Shown here: positions 1 through 10,078 of the stretch, piece by piece | Layout of the letters: each line of letters begins with the position of its first letter | Numbering within the stretch: the stretch's first letter is position 1 | Assembly: GCA_027494135.1 (NCBI GenBank) | Contig: JAOSJK010000012.1 | Span: 546,795 to 610,794, forward strand | Direction of reading: 5' to 3' | DNA: 64,000 bases | Origin: Acidimicrobiia bacterium | GTDB taxonomy: Bacteria; Actinomycetota; Acidimicrobiia; IMCC26256; PALSA-610 | Program-made: the position numbers and the translations under genes | Notes under the pieces: model-generated | Told to the model about the DNA's origin: nothing | The model's database searches: none | What the model saw: only the letters and a program-made list of their open reading frames with translations

Positions 1-88
1 AACCGTCGTAGCCGAGCTCCTCGAGCTCCCTCGCCGCCTGCCCGACGTCGCCGAGCCCCTGCACCATCAGTCCGCTGTCGACCTTCAT
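1..88 (-). CDS. LLM-class (luciferase-like) oxidoreductase, N-terminal fragment running off the window
   Basis: The reverse strand reads ATG (88..86) MKVDSGLMVQGLGDVGQAARELEELGYDG. A GGAGGA RBS lies just upstream on that strand. Only 29 codons are visible, so the family call rests on N-terminal pattern alone. Confidence 0.4.
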   Translation of the reverse strand, partial: MKVDSGLMVQGLGDVGQAARELEELGYDG

Positions 89-176
89 CTGCACTCCTCC
101 TGTGTGGAGCGGAGGCTACCGCCCTGCCCGGCCCGACCGCCGCGCCACCGTCCCACCCCACGGGTACCCTCCGAGC

Positions 177-1145
177 ATGGCACCGACGACCCGAGAACAC
201 ACCCAGGAACACACCCAGGAGCAGACCCGGGAGCACGCGCCTGGAAGCAAGCCTGAGACGCCGTCGGAGCTGCGGCCACCGCGGTCGCTCTCCCCCAGCT
301 CCATGTCGTCGTTCACGTCGTGCGCGCTCGCCTACCGCTTCGCGTACATCCAGCGCCTGCCCGAGCCTCCCTCCGCACCGGCGAGCAAGGGCACCCTCGT
401 GCACCTGGCGCTGCAGCACCTGCACAACGATCCCCCCGAGCTCCGCACACCCGCCCGTGCGCTCACACACCTCGACCGGGCACGCGACGACCTCGCCGAC
501 GACCCCGACTTCACGGGTCTCCGTCTCACCGACGACGAGTGGAGCGTCTTCCACGCCCAGGCCGCTGCCCTCGTGGAGAGGTACTTCGAGCTGGAGGACC
601 CCAAGGCGGTCCGATCGATCGGCCTCGAGCTGAAGCTCGAGGCCGACGTCGACGGCGTGAAGCTGCGAGGCATCATCGACCGGCTCGACCTCGATGCCGG
701 CGGCGAGCTCGTGGTCACCGACTACAAGACCGGTGCTGCGCCGAAGGAGCGCTGGGAGCAGAAGAGCCTCGCCGGCGTTCACGTCTACTCGCTTCTCTGC
801 GAGACCGCGTTCGGCCAGCGACCCGCACGCGTCCAGCTGCTGTACCTAGCAACCCCACAGGCGATCATCGCCACACCGACCGACGGATCGACCCGGGCCG
901 TCCGTGCCAAGTCGTCCGCCATCATGCGGGCGGTGCAGACGGCGTGCGAGCGCCGCGACTTCCGTCCCAGCAAGAGCGCTCTCTGCGCCTACTGCAGCTT
1001 CCAGGAGTTCTGCCCGGAGTTCGGGGGCGACCCGGAGCAGGCCGCGCCCGTGCTCCACGGCAGAGTCGCCTCCGATGCGGAGACGGGCCCGACGGCGGCA
1101 GAGACGCCACTCGCCGCGCTCCCTCACGCCACCGCGCGCCACTGA
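177..1145 (+). CDS. PD-(D/E)XK nuclease (RecB/AddB/Cas4-like) with a C-terminal Cys cluster
   Basis: ORF 102..1145, with the ATG at 177 chosen as start. It has the N-terminal LSPSSMSSFTSCALAYRF..LPEPPS motif, a DYKTG nuclease core and a C-terminal CAYCSFQEFC. Confidence 0.8.
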   Translation: MAPTTREHTQEHTQEQTREHAPGSKPETPSELRPPRSLSPSSMSSFTSCALAYRFAYIQRLPEPPSAPASKGTLVHLALQHLHNDPPELRTPARALTHLDRARDDLADDPDFTGLRLTDDEWSVFHAQAAALVERYFELEDPKAVRSIGLELKLEADVDGVKLRGIIDRLDLDAGGELVVTDYKTGAAPKERWEQKSLAGVHVYSLLCETAFGQRPARVQLLYLATPQAIIATPTDGSTRAVRAKSSAIMRAVQTACERRDFRPSKSALCAYCSFQEFCPEFGGDPEQAAPVLHGRVASDAETGPTAAETPLAALPHATARH

Positions 1146-1209
1146 CCCGGTCACATCGCTGACCCGGTCACGTCGCTGACCCGGTCACGTCGCCGATCCG
1201 GTCACGTCG
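1142..1209. repeat. 17-bp tandem repeat x4; each unit carries the palindrome TGACC-C-GGTCA
   Basis: Units are CTGACCCGGTCACATCG, CTGACCCGGTCACGTCG (x2) and CCGATCCGGTCACGTCG. The array starts on the nuclease stop codon (1143-1145) and ends 57 bp before the PAP2 start. Confidence 0.9.
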
Positions 1210-1265
1210 CGACGCGGCCCCGCCCAGCGGTCACAAGCAGACATCCCGGTAGGCTGCAGTCCCGC

Positions 1266-1868
1266 ATGCCGTCGCCTACCTCCCCCCTCCTGTCGCGCCG
1301 CGGTTCGATCGCGGAGGCCGACGACAGGATCGACGAGTGGGTCGATCGGTACCGGACGCCGGCACTCGATCACGTCTTCTACCCGCTCTCCTCGGCCGCC
1401 GACCACAGCCTCCTCTGGCTGGTCGCGGGTGCCGTGCGTTCGGCGCGAGGCGGACACCACCGCTCTGCGCAGTCTCACAGCCGCGATGGCGATCGAGTCG
1501 TTCACGACGAACGTCGTGGTCAAGTCGCTCTTCCGCCGCGTCCGGCCCCCCGCCCGATCGAGGGTCCGCTCCCCTACGGGATGCACACGCCGATCACCAG
1601 CTCTTTCCCGTCGGGACACGCCACGGCGGCCTTCTGCGCTGCGGCGCTCCTCGGGGATCGCCGCCGGAGCGCCCCCGCCTGGTATGCGCTGGCCGGTGCC
1701 GTCGCAGCCAGTCGCGTATACGTGAGGATGCACCACGCCTCCGACGTAGTCGCGGGCGCGGCGTTCGGCTGGATCCTCGGCTCAGCGCTTCGGAGGAGAT
1801 TGCCCCTAGACGGCCACCCCGGCCGTCGTCGCTCTCACGGGAATGCCACGGTGCGCCGCCGCGGTTGA
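1266..1868 (+). pseudogene. PAP2-family phosphatase; frame broken twice as sequenced
   Basis: The PSGHATAAF and SRVYVRMHHASDVVAG motifs are in the 1266 frame. The KSLFRRVRPP motif is in the 1429..1725 frame. Breaks lie near 1445 and in the C6 run at 1546-1551. Confidence 0.75.
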
Positions 1869-1903
1869 GCAGGCATGACCCCACGATCCGAGCCGGAGAC
1901 CCC

Positions 1904-2491
1904 GTGACCCGTTCCTTCGCAGTCAGCTTCGACTATCGATGTCCGTTCGCTCGCAACGCGCACGAGGCGGTCGTCGCCGGCCTGCGCGCGGGGCGCGACT
2001 GGGACGTCGACTTCACACCGTTCTCTCTCGACCAGTCGCACGTCGCCTCGGGTGAGCCGCCGATCTGGGAGAGACCGGCCAGCGAACGCGGCACGGGTGT
2101 CCTCGCGCTGGAGTGGGGCGTGGCCGTGCGCGACTCGTTCTCCGACGCGTTCCTCGACTGGCACGTCGCCACATTCGCGGCGCGCCACGACGAGGCAAAG
2201 CAGATCAAGGAGGAGGCGGTCCTGCGAGAGGTCGCCACAGCGGTGGGTATCGACGCCGATGCCGTGGCCGCGGAGGTCGCGACCGGCAGACCCCTGAGCA
2301 CGCTCGCGGCCGAGCACATCGAGGCCGTGGAGCGGTGGGAGATGTTCGGTGTGCCGACCTTCGTCTCCGGTGAGGAAGCCACGTTCGTCCGATTCATGGA
2401 GCGGGGGCGCGTCGACGACCTCGACCGGTTCCTCGACCTCCTCGACTGGTCCCGCCTCAACGAGCTAAAGCGCACCCGCATCGCCCGCTGA
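1904..2491 (+). CDS. DsbA-like thioredoxin-fold protein (DSBA / 2-hydroxychromene-2-carboxylate isomerase family)
   Basis: GTG at 1904 within ORF 1337..2491. The sequence shows FDYRCPFARNAHE and a C-terminal MFGVPTFV typical of the family. The upstream part of the ORF is Arg/Pro-rich junk. Confidence 0.7.
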   Translation: MTRSFAVSFDYRCPFARNAHEAVVAGLRAGRDWDVDFTPFSLDQSHVASGEPPIWERPASERGTGVLALEWGVAVRDSFSDAFLDWHVATFAARHDEAKQIKEEAVLREVATAVGIDADAVAAEVATGRPLSTLAAEHIEAVERWEMFGVPTFVSGEEATFVRFMERGRVDDLDRFLDLLDWSRLNELKRTRIAR

Positions 2492-2585
2492 GACGCCGAA
2501 CGGCCGGCTGCACGAGGGCCGAGGGTCCGAACCGGGACCACGCCTTGCGAATCGGCGGCACAACCGCGACGCTCGCGGGGTGCGT

Positions 2586-3999
2586 ATGTCAGACTCCGAA
2601 GCCATCATGTGGGCCGTCGACAAGGACCCGTCACTCCGCTCCGACTTCTGCAACCTCACGCTCCTCGAGTCCCCACCCGACAGGGCACGCCTGCGGCACA
2701 AGATCACATCGGCCGCCGACGCAGTCGATCGCCTGCACCAGCGCGTCGTCACGCCGCCGCTGCGCATCGCGCCCCCCGAGTGGGTCGACGAACCCGCACT
2801 CGACATCGACTACCACCTGCGCCACGTCGCCGCGCCGTCACCGGGAGGGATGCGCGACCTCCTCGACCTCGTGGCGACTCTCGCCGAGGCCCCGCTCGAC
2901 CGATCGAGGCCGCTCTGGGAGTTCACCCTGATCGAGGGGTTGGCCGACGGACGCGCAGCCCTGCTCCAGAAGGTCCACCATGCCGTCACCGACGGGGTCG
3001 GAGGGCTCCGCCTCTCGATGCACACCGTCGACCTGGAGCCCGACCCGCCCCTCGGCGCCGTCGCCGCGGAGGACCTGCGCGGAGCTCGGCGCGGAGCATC
3101 GCACTTCCGTCGCGTCGAACCCGCTGGCCCGTCGCTCGCCCCTCGACGTGGCCCTCGATGCGATCACAGACACGGCGGCAAGGCGAGCCTCCTTGGCCGG
3201 TCGCGCCCTCGTCGGCGGTGCGCACCTGGCGACACACCCCGCCGAGATCCCCGCAGTCGGTCGCGAGGCCGCCCGCCTGGCCGCCTCGATCCGCCGTCAG
3301 GTACTGGTCGCCGGACGCGGGAGGTCGCGCCTGCTGACCTCCCGGTCCGTCCGGCGACGCTTCGAGGTCCGCTCCTACGCGCTGGCCCCCGCCAAGTCCG
3401 CCGCGCACGCGCTCGGCGGCAGCGTCAACGACCTCTTCGTGGCGGCGGTCGGAGGCGCGCTCGGCCTGTACCACGATCGCATGGGCCACCCCTGCGACGC
3501 GCTCCGCATGGGGATGCCGGTGAACCTCCGTGAGCGCGATGACGACGGAGTCGGCGTCGCCAACCGCTTCGGCCCGGTGCGGGTCGTCGTGCCCGTCTCT
3601 CCCAAGGACCCCTCCGCCCGCTTCCACGCGGTGCGCGACTGCCTCGCGGCCACGCGGAACGAGCCGGCACTCGGGATCGTCGAGGAGCTCGCAGGGCTCG
3701 TCTCGGGGCTGCCCACCTCGGCGCTCGTCGCACTCACCCGCAGCCAGGCCCGGACGATCGACTTCATCACCTCGAACCTCCGCGGCAGCCCGGTCCCCCT
3801 GTACCTGGCCGGTCGCAGGATCCTCGCCAGCTACCCGTTCGGACCGCGTACCGCCAGTGCCGTGAACGTCACGCTCATGAGCCTCGTAGACGAGATGCAC
3901 CTGGGCATCAACCTCGACCCCGCGGCCTTCACCGATGTCACCCTCCTTCTCGACTGCCTCGACGAGTCGTTCGGAGCTCTGCTCGACCTCGGGCTCTGA
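2586..3999 (+). pseudogene. Wax ester synthase/diacylglycerol acyltransferase (WS/DGAT, Tgs-like); one frame break
   Basis: The N-terminal half (ORF 2580..3533) carries the HHAVTDGVGG catalytic motif. The C-terminal half (ORF 2980..3999) carries NDLFVAAVGGAL and FITSNLRGSPVPLYLAG. The frame switches somewhere in 3040-3110. Confidence 0.85.
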
Positions 4000-4084
4000 T
4001 TCCAAGCGGTGGATCGCACGGCCCTACCGAGCGCGGCGTCATGCGCCGTCGGGGCCGGCCTCCGCAGATCGATCGGGGCGGCGG

Positions 4085-4435
4085 TCAGTGAAGCGCCTGC
4101 GTACCCGGATAGCCGACCACCTCGGCCCACTCCGCGAAGAGCGGATCACGCCACGACGCATGCGAGCAGCCGGTCACCGTGTCGACCACGAAGAGGTGGA
4201 GCGTCGGTGCGTCGTCGGCGAGATCGACCAGATCGGCTCCTCGGGAGTGCGGGGCCCTCTCTGCGAGAAGATCGACCAGAGCGACCGTCGCCAGGACGCG
4301 GCTCAGGCACCGCGGGCACGCCGACACCGTCGCAGACTCGAAGCAGCCGGTGAGGTCGATCAGCGTCTCGGTCTCGGCAGAGTCGAGACCGACCTCGTAG
4401 CCGTCCTCGTCGAGGATCCTCAGCGCGACGCCCAC
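4085..4435 (-). CDS. Hypothetical protein with a CxxC pair
   Basis: ORF of 116 aa with ordinary (not Arg/Pro-biased) composition. It converges on WS/DGAT. I recognise no family. Confidence 0.5.
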   Translation of the reverse strand: MGVALRILDEDGYEVGLDSAETETLIDLTGCFESATVSACPRCLSRVLATVALVDLLAERAPHSRGADLVDLADDAPTLHLFVVDTVTGCSHASWRDPLFAEWAEVVGYPGTQALH

Positions 4436-4523
4436 GCTGCGACGCTAGCCGTCCGCGACCCGCCGACATCGACGATCCGGCGCGGGGCTACCATCGCCCG
4501 CACCACACCTCGGGGAGGAACGA

Positions 4524-5708
4524 ATGCCACTCGCCGATACCGACGTCGTGATCGTGGAGGCCGTCAGGTCGCCGCTGGGGCGACGCAACGGCGGCTTGTC
4601 TACCGTGCACCCCGCCGACCTGCTCGGTGCCGTTCAGCTGGCGGCGATCGAGCGCTCCGGCATCGATCCCGCTGCCGTCGGCCAGGTCGTCGGCGGCTGC
4701 GTGAGCCAGGTCGGCGAGCAGACGTTCAACATCGCCCGAACCGCATGGCTCACAGCGGGCCTGCCCGTCGGAGTTGTCGGCACGACGGTCGACTCCCAGT
4801 GCGGCTCGTCCCAGCAGGCGACGAACCTCGCTTCGGCTCTCGTGTGGTCTGGGGTCGTCGACGTCGCCATGGCGTGCGGAGTCGAGTCGATGAGCCGCAT
4901 CCCTCTCGGCTCGGCCGTAAGGGGCGAGTACGGGCGCCCGCTGTCGAAGTCGTACTTCCCGCGATACGAGCCGACCTCGCAGTTCGAGGCCGCGGAGCGG
5001 ATAGCGACGAAGTGGGGGATAACGCGCGAGGACGCAGACGAGTTCGGCCTGGAGTCGCAGCGGCGGGCCTCGCGGGCCTGGGACGAGGGCAGGTACGAGC
5101 GCGAGGTGGTCGCCATCGACGCACCCGACGTCGGCGAGGACGGCAAGCCGACAGGCACGACACATCACGTCGCCGGCGACGAGGGCCTCCGAGAGACGTC
5201 GATGGAGGCCCTGTCCAAGCTCAAGCCGGTAGCGCGCGCAGACGGGATCCATACCGCCGGCACCGCGCCGCAGATCACAGATGGGGCTGCAGCGCTCCTT
5301 CTGACGACTGCGGCCAAGGCGCGCGAGCTCGGCCTCCGCCCGAGGGCGCGCATGGTCGACCAGTGCCTGGTCGGAGTCGACCCGGTGATGATGCTCACTG
5401 GTCCGATCGACGCGACCCGCCACCTGGAGGTCCGGACCGGGCTCAGCGTCGCCGACATGGACGTGATCGAGATCAACGAGGCATTCGCATCGGTCGTGCT
5501 CGCGTGGGAGCGTGAGCTGAAGCCCGACATGACGCGGGTGAACCCCAACGGCGGGGCCATCGCCATCGGCCATCCGGTGGGGGCCACGGGAACCCGGCTG
5601 ATCGTCACCGCCCTGCACGAGCTGGAGCGAACCGACTCCCGGCTCGCGCTCGTGACGATGTGCTGTGGTGGCGGACTCGGATCAGGGACGATCATCGAGC
5701 GGGTCTGA
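4524..5708 (+). CDS. Acetyl-CoA C-acyltransferase (thiolase)
   Basis: Intact 394 aa. It has the active-site Cys context VDSQCGSSQQA, NPNGGAIAIGHPVGATG and a C-terminal CCGGGLG. Confidence 0.9.
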   Translation: MPLADTDVVIVEAVRSPLGRRNGGLSTVHPADLLGAVQLAAIERSGIDPAAVGQVVGGCVSQVGEQTFNIARTAWLTAGLPVGVVGTTVDSQCGSSQQATNLASALVWSGVVDVAMACGVESMSRIPLGSAVRGEYGRPLSKSYFPRYEPTSQFEAAERIATKWGITREDADEFGLESQRRASRAWDEGRYEREVVAIDAPDVGEDGKPTGTTHHVAGDEGLRETSMEALSKLKPVARADGIHTAGTAPQITDGAAALLLTTAAKARELGLRPRARMVDQCLVGVDPVMMLTGPIDATRHLEVRTGLSVADMDVIEINEAFASVVLAWERELKPDMTRVNPNGGAIAIGHPVGATGTRLIVTALHELERTDSRLALVTMCCGGGLGSGTIIERV

Positions 5709-5777
5709 CCGGCTGCTCACGCGTCACTGCGGCGCCGGCACCCAAGCCCCCACATTCTCAGTCGGACGGAGGAGACC

Positions 5778-6761
5778 ATGACCACATTCGGGTTCCAGAT
5801 TCCCGGCTTCACCCATGCCGGCGAGACCGACGCCGAGATGTTCGACCACGTCGCCGCTCTCGCACGCGCTGCGGAGATCTCCGGCTTCGAGTCGATCTGG
5901 GTAATGGACCACTTCTGGCAGCTACCCGCCCTCGGAGGACCGACGCAGCCCATCCTCGAAGGCTGGACGCTCCTCGGAGCTCTCGCCGCGATCACGGAGC
6001 GGGTGCAGCTCGGTACCCTCGTCAGCGGCGTCACGTACCGCAACCCCGCTCTGCTCGCGAAGCAGGCGACCACGCTCGACGTCATCTCGAAGGGCCGCGC
6101 GATCCTCGGCATCGGCGCGGCGTGGTACGAACCCGAGCACGACGGGCTCGGGTTCGGGTTCCCGCCGGTCGGCGAGCGGATGGATCGTCTGGAGGAGGCG
6201 ATCAAGATCTGCCGCCTCATGTTCACCGAGGAGACGCCGAGCTTCGCCGGCCGCCACTACGAGATCGTCGACGCGCACAACGTTCCGCGGCCGGTCCACC
6301 CCGGCGGACCCCCGATCATGGTCGGCGGGTCCGGCGAGCGGCGCACGCTGCGGCTCGTCGCGCAGTACGCCGACCTCTGCAATGTGCACGGCAGCCCGGC
6401 CACTGTGCGCTCCAAGCTCGACGTGCTGCGACGCCACTGCTCCGACGTAGGGCGCGACCCCGACGAGATCACGAACACCCGGCTCGGCACGATCGTCCTC
6501 ACGCCCGACGCCGACGAGACCGCGCGCGTGATCACGTTCCTGCGCGGGATTGTCGGTGACGACTTCGAGGAGAGCTTCACCGTAGGGGAAGAGGAGGAAG
6601 TGCTGGAGCAGGTCGGCGCGCTCGTCGACGCCGGCCTCGACACCCTCATCTTCAACTCACCGCTCTCCGATCCACCTACCGTCGAGCGCACCGGCCGTCT
6701 GCTCGTCTCCCAACTTCGGTTGAGGCCCGGCCGCAGTCCGGCGCCTGCGGCCTCCGAGTAG
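5778..6761 (+). CDS. LLM-class F420-dependent oxidoreductase
   Basis: Intact 327 aa with a luciferase-like pattern: FESIWVMDHF, LGTLVSGVTYRNPALLAK, ILGIGAAW, PPIMVGGSGE. Confidence 0.85.
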   Translation: MTTFGFQIPGFTHAGETDAEMFDHVAALARAAEISGFESIWVMDHFWQLPALGGPTQPILEGWTLLGALAAITERVQLGTLVSGVTYRNPALLAKQATTLDVISKGRAILGIGAAWYEPEHDGLGFGFPPVGERMDRLEEAIKICRLMFTEETPSFAGRHYEIVDAHNVPRPVHPGGPPIMVGGSGERRTLRLVAQYADLCNVHGSPATVRSKLDVLRRHCSDVGRDPDEITNTRLGTIVLTPDADETARVITFLRGIVGDDFEESFTVGEEEEVLEQVGALVDAGLDTLIFNSPLSDPPTVERTGRLLVSQLRLRPGRSPAPAASE

Positions 6762-6768
6762 CCTCCCG

Positions 6769-7605
6769 TTGGTGAGAACCCTCGCGGAGAGGCTCGGGCA
6801 CGCACCCGACGCGAAGCTCCTCATACTCCACTGCGACGATCTCGGCTCGAGCCGATCGGCGAACACCGCGGTCTACGACGCGCTGCGCAACGGCGTCGCG
6901 ACGAGCGCATCGCTCATGGTCCCGTGCCCCTGGGCCCGCGACGCGGCCGCTATGTACCGGGGCGAGGATGTCGGCGTTCACCTGACACTCAACTCCGAGT
7001 GGGAGACCTTGCGCTGGGGACCGATCACCCACTCGCCGAGTCTCCTCGACGGTGACGGCGGCTTCCCACGGACGATCCAGGACGCGTGGGACCACGCAGA
7101 CCTCGACGAGGTCCGCAGGGAGTGCCGGGCACAGCTCGAGAGGGCCATCCTCTGGGGATTCGACGTGAGCCACCTCGATAGCCACATGGGGACGCTCCAG
7201 CTCAGGGCCGACTTCTTCGACGTTTACCTGGAGCTCGCGGTCGACTTCCGTCTTCCGCTGAGGATGGCGGGCGCCAGCGCCGAGCGAGTCATCGGGTTCC
7301 CCTACAGGCGCCTGGCCGCCGAGGCGGGGGTCGTCTTCCCCGACCATCTGATCACGACTCCCATGGGCTCGCGCCCGACCATCGAGAAGGCCCTCGCAGA
7401 CCTGAGGCCCGGAGTGACCGAGGTGTACCTGCACCCGGCCGTCGACACCGACGAGCTCCGCTCCTCGCACCCCGACGCCGCCACGCGGATCGACGACCAC
7501 GCGCTCCTCACGACGGACCCGACGTTCAGAGACCTCCTGGAGCGCTCCGGCGCCGAGCTCGTCGGGTTCCGCGAGCTCCGCGAGCTACAGCGATCCGGCG
7601 GCTGA
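6769..7605 (+). CDS. ChbG/HpnK (YdjC-like) carbohydrate deacetylase family protein
   Basis: Intact 278 aa with LLILHCDDLGSS, VHLTLNSEW and HLDSHM motifs. Confidence 0.8.
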   Translation: MVRTLAERLGHAPDAKLLILHCDDLGSSRSANTAVYDALRNGVATSASLMVPCPWARDAAAMYRGEDVGVHLTLNSEWETLRWGPITHSPSLLDGDGGFPRTIQDAWDHADLDEVRRECRAQLERAILWGFDVSHLDSHMGTLQLRADFFDVYLELAVDFRLPLRMAGASAERVIGFPYRRLAAEAGVVFPDHLITTPMGSRPTIEKALADLRPGVTEVYLHPAVDTDELRSSHPDAATRIDDHALLTTDPTFRDLLERSGAELVGFRELRELQRSGG

Positions 7606-7669
7606 GCCGAGGGCACCGCTCGCCAACCGAGACTGCCCGCGCGATCACCGAGACTGCCCGCGCTCCCGG

Positions 7670-8026
7670 TCAGGCGGAGAGACACCTGCGAACGGCCTCG
7701 AAGTCGGGGCCCCGGGTCAACGGAAGGAACGCGAGCAGCAGCGCGGAGTCACCCTCCATCTTCATCTGCCCACGCATGTACGCGACGCTCGGATCGAGGG
7801 CCCCCGAGGCGACGGCCTCGGCGTGTGCATCTGTCAGAGTCAGGGTCACGTCGGGCCGCGACGTCTCGGGGCCGTCCTCCTCGTCTCCCCCGCCGGCCGG
7901 GCTCGGGCTCGCCGAGATCGCGAGCGATCCGCCTTCGCACCGCACGGTGCAGCGGCGGAGCACCTCCTTGCCCCGCACGACGATCACATCGACACGGCCC
8001 GCTACGCGCGTGGAGTCGGCCCCCAC
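7670..8026 (-). CDS. SCP2 (sterol-carrier-like) domain protein
   Basis: GTG at 8026 lies one nt after the mca stop. The C-terminus (GALDPSVAYMRGQMKMEGDSALLLAF) is SCP2-like. The longer ORF 7670..8350 is out-of-frame overlap with mca. Confidence 0.7.
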   Translation of the reverse strand: MGADSTRVAGRVDVIVVRGKEVLRRCTVRCEGGSLAISASPSPAGGGDEEDGPETSRPDVTLTLTDAHAEAVASGALDPSVAYMRGQMKMEGDSALLLAFLPLTRGPDFEAVRRCLSA

Positions 8027-8027
8027 G

Positions 8028-8921
8028 TCAGCGCGGATCCGCGACAGGAGTACGGAGCCCGGCGAACATGTCGGTCTCCGGCTCGCCCTCGGCCACACCC
8101 GTCTCGACGAGGCTGCGTGCCAGGACGAACTCCTCCCAGGGAAAGACCTCGCGCACGACGTCGTCGGGGAGGCGCATCCAGAACCCGTTGGGGTCGACTT
8201 GGGTGCGATGCGCCAGCAGCGACTCGCGCCGGCGGTGCAGGTAGTCGCCCACGTCGATGACGGTGGTGAAGTGCTGGTCGCGGTCGGGGAAGCCGCGCTC
8301 GAACCAAGCCGCGTATGGGCTCTCCTCGCCTCGCGCCCGGAACGCGGCATCCAGAGCCTTCAACCGTCGAAGCGACCAGGACACGTAGTAGAGCTTCGAC
8401 GGCTGCCACGGCTCACCGGAGTCCGGGTAGCGGTCCGGATCTCCGGCGGCGTCGAACGCCGGGACCGAGATCTCGTGGACCCTGATGTGGTCGGGATGCG
8501 GGTACCACTCACGGTCTTCGTGGTACGTGACGATCACCTGGGGCCGCTCCAACCGGATCAAGCGCACCAGCCGCTCCACCGCCTCGTCGAGGGGAGCGTT
8601 CGCGAAGTTGTCCGGGCGGTGGTTGACCTCGGTGTCGGGCATCCCGGAATCGTGATAGCCGAGAAGGTGGACAGAGGCATAGCCGAGCGCGGCCGCGCTC
8701 GCCTGCAGCTCCTGGAGCCGGACCGCCGCGAGGTTCTCCCTGACCTCCGCCCTGTCCATTGCAGGGTTGAGGATGGAGCCGGCTTCGCCGCCGGTACAGC
8801 AGACCAGCACACAGCGCACGCCTTCGGACGAATAGCGGGCCGCGGCGCCGGAGCCCTTCGACGCCTCGTCGTCTGGGTGCGCGTGCACTTGCAGCAGGCA
8901 GAGATCGGCCTCGTCGCCCAT
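8028..8921 (-). CDS. mca: Mycothiol S-conjugate amidase (LmbE/PIG-L deacetylase family)
   Basis: Intact 297 aa with VHAHPDDEA, CTGGEAGSILNPAMD and HPDH, and Mca-like length. Confidence 0.85.
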   Translation of the reverse strand: MGDEADLCLLQVHAHPDDEASKGSGAAARYSSEGVRCVLVCCTGGEAGSILNPAMDRAEVRENLAAVRLQELQASAAALGYASVHLLGYHDSGMPDTEVNHRPDNFANAPLDEAVERLVRLIRLERPQVIVTYHEDREWYPHPDHIRVHEISVPAFDAAGDPDRYPDSGEPWQPSKLYYVSWSLRRLKALDAAFRARGEESPYAAWFERGFPDRDQHFTTVIDVGDYLHRRRESLLAHRTQVDPNGFWMRLPDDVVREVFPWEEFVLARSLVETGVAEGEPETDMFAGLRTPVADPR

Positions 8922-8930
8922 GGTTCGACG

Positions 8931-10004
8931 CTACCCCAGGCCCGGGCGACCGGAGGGCTCGCCCCCGGCGCGACGCACTCGGAAGAGCTCGACTTCGCCG
9001 ATTCCGCGCAGGCGCCGGCGGCCGGCGCTCCGCCACGAGAAGGCGGCGTCTCCTTCGAGGGATTCCTTGAGGCTCTCGGAGACGAGGACTGTCCCGGGCC
9101 GTGCACGGTCGGTAACCCGGCTCGCGAGGTTCACGGCAGAGCCGTAGAAGTCGCCGTCGCGCGCTATCAGAGGGCCGGAGGCGACGCCGGCGCGCACCGG
9201 TGGGAGCGCTGTATCGTCCGATGCCCGGTCGACGATGTCGAGGGCGATCAACGCCGCCTCCTTCGAGAGCGCAGCGAACATGACCTCGTCGCCGATCGTC
9301 TTCACGACCCTCCCGCTGTGCTCGGCGACTACGTCCGAGGCGAGGGCTTCGAAGCGCGTCAACAGCTCGGCGAGGCTCCTGTCGTCGATCTCCTCACTCA
9401 GCGCCGTGTAGCCGACGAGGTCGACGAAGCCGATCCCGATCTCGACCTTCGCGCCCGCAACGTCGCGGGCCAGGCGTCGCCAGACTGCCGCGCGCAGTTG
9501 CAGCCTGTGCGCGTACTCGACGAGGCGTGAGATCACCGGCCAGTCGAGGCGCTCCAGCAGCACGGCGGTCGTCGCAGCGGCGTCGCCGGTCTCCTCCTCG
9601 ATCGTCTCGAGCACCTCGGCGATCATGTCGGCCTCGACGGCGGCGATCCGCGCCAGCGACGAGCTGATGACCCTCACCTGGCGCTCGAAGAGCTGCGCCG
9701 CATCCTCGGTGTCGATCCGGGCGACGGCGACGCTCAGCATCTCGGCATCCTGGTCGGTGAAGGACGCCACCCCCTCGGGCATGTCGGGGAAGCCGAGCGA
9801 CCGCCAGACACGCCGTGCCGTCTCGGTATCGGTTCCCGCAGCGCGTGCCAGCTCCACGATGTCGTAGACGGGCTTGCCCGGCATCAGGATCCGGTCGATC
9901 GCGAGCAGCGGGAGCCACCCTTCGCGGGCGGCTCGCTCGATGTCGTCCTCGGAGGCCCCCGCATCGGCCAGGAATCGGCGCAGGTCTTGCGTCACGCGCT
10001 GCAT
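8931..10004 (-). CDS. Class III adenylate/guanylate cyclase with an N-terminal helical sensor region
   Basis: ATG at 10004 within ORF 8931..10169. The cyclase core shows FVDLVGYTALSE, VKTIGDEVMF and GSAVNLASR. Confidence 0.85.
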   Translation of the reverse strand: MQRVTQDLRRFLADAGASEDDIERAAREGWLPLLAIDRILMPGKPVYDIVELARAAGTDTETARRVWRSLGFPDMPEGVASFTDQDAEMLSVAVARIDTEDAAQLFERQVRVISSSLARIAAVEADMIAEVLETIEEETGDAAATTAVLLERLDWPVISRLVEYAHRLQLRAAVWRRLARDVAGAKVEIGIGFVDLVGYTALSEEIDDRSLAELLTRFEALASDVVAEHSGRVVKTIGDEVMFAALSKEAALIALDIVDRASDDTALPPVRAGVASGPLIARDGDFYGSAVNLASRVTDRARPGTVLVSESLKESLEGDAAFSWRSAGRRRLRGIGEVELFRVRRAGGEPSGRPGLG

Positions 10005-10078
10005 CGTCTCACGCGCGTCCCGACGGGTCCGTGATCTCGCGTCCTCACTCGGCGGCGCGCTTCGGTAGCCTGACCCCA

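Noticed and set aside
195-230. A 12-bp triple repeat (GAACACACCCAG x2, then GAGCAGACCCGG) near the 5' end of the nuclease gene.
   Set aside because: It lies within the probable coding region, encoding EHTQ-EHTQ-EQTR in a disordered N-terminal tail. It is of low significance.
1142-1209. The tandem repeats at 1142-1209, 25315-25353 and 52186-52221 as CRISPR arrays.
   Set aside because: The units are directly abutting with no spacers. They are only 12-17 bp long and no cas genes are present.
2986-4005. Many long ORFs lie antisense to, or out of frame with, the genes called here. Examples are 2986..4005 (-), 3935..5515 (+), 7776..9530 (+), 20877..22154 (-), 33110..34654 (-), 53491..55590 (+) and 44781..46658 upstream of position 45768.
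   Set aside because: Their translations are Arg/Pro/Gly/Ala-rich low-complexity strings. They overlap frames carrying clear family motifs. This is the expected stop-codon-poor artefact of ~70% GC DNA.
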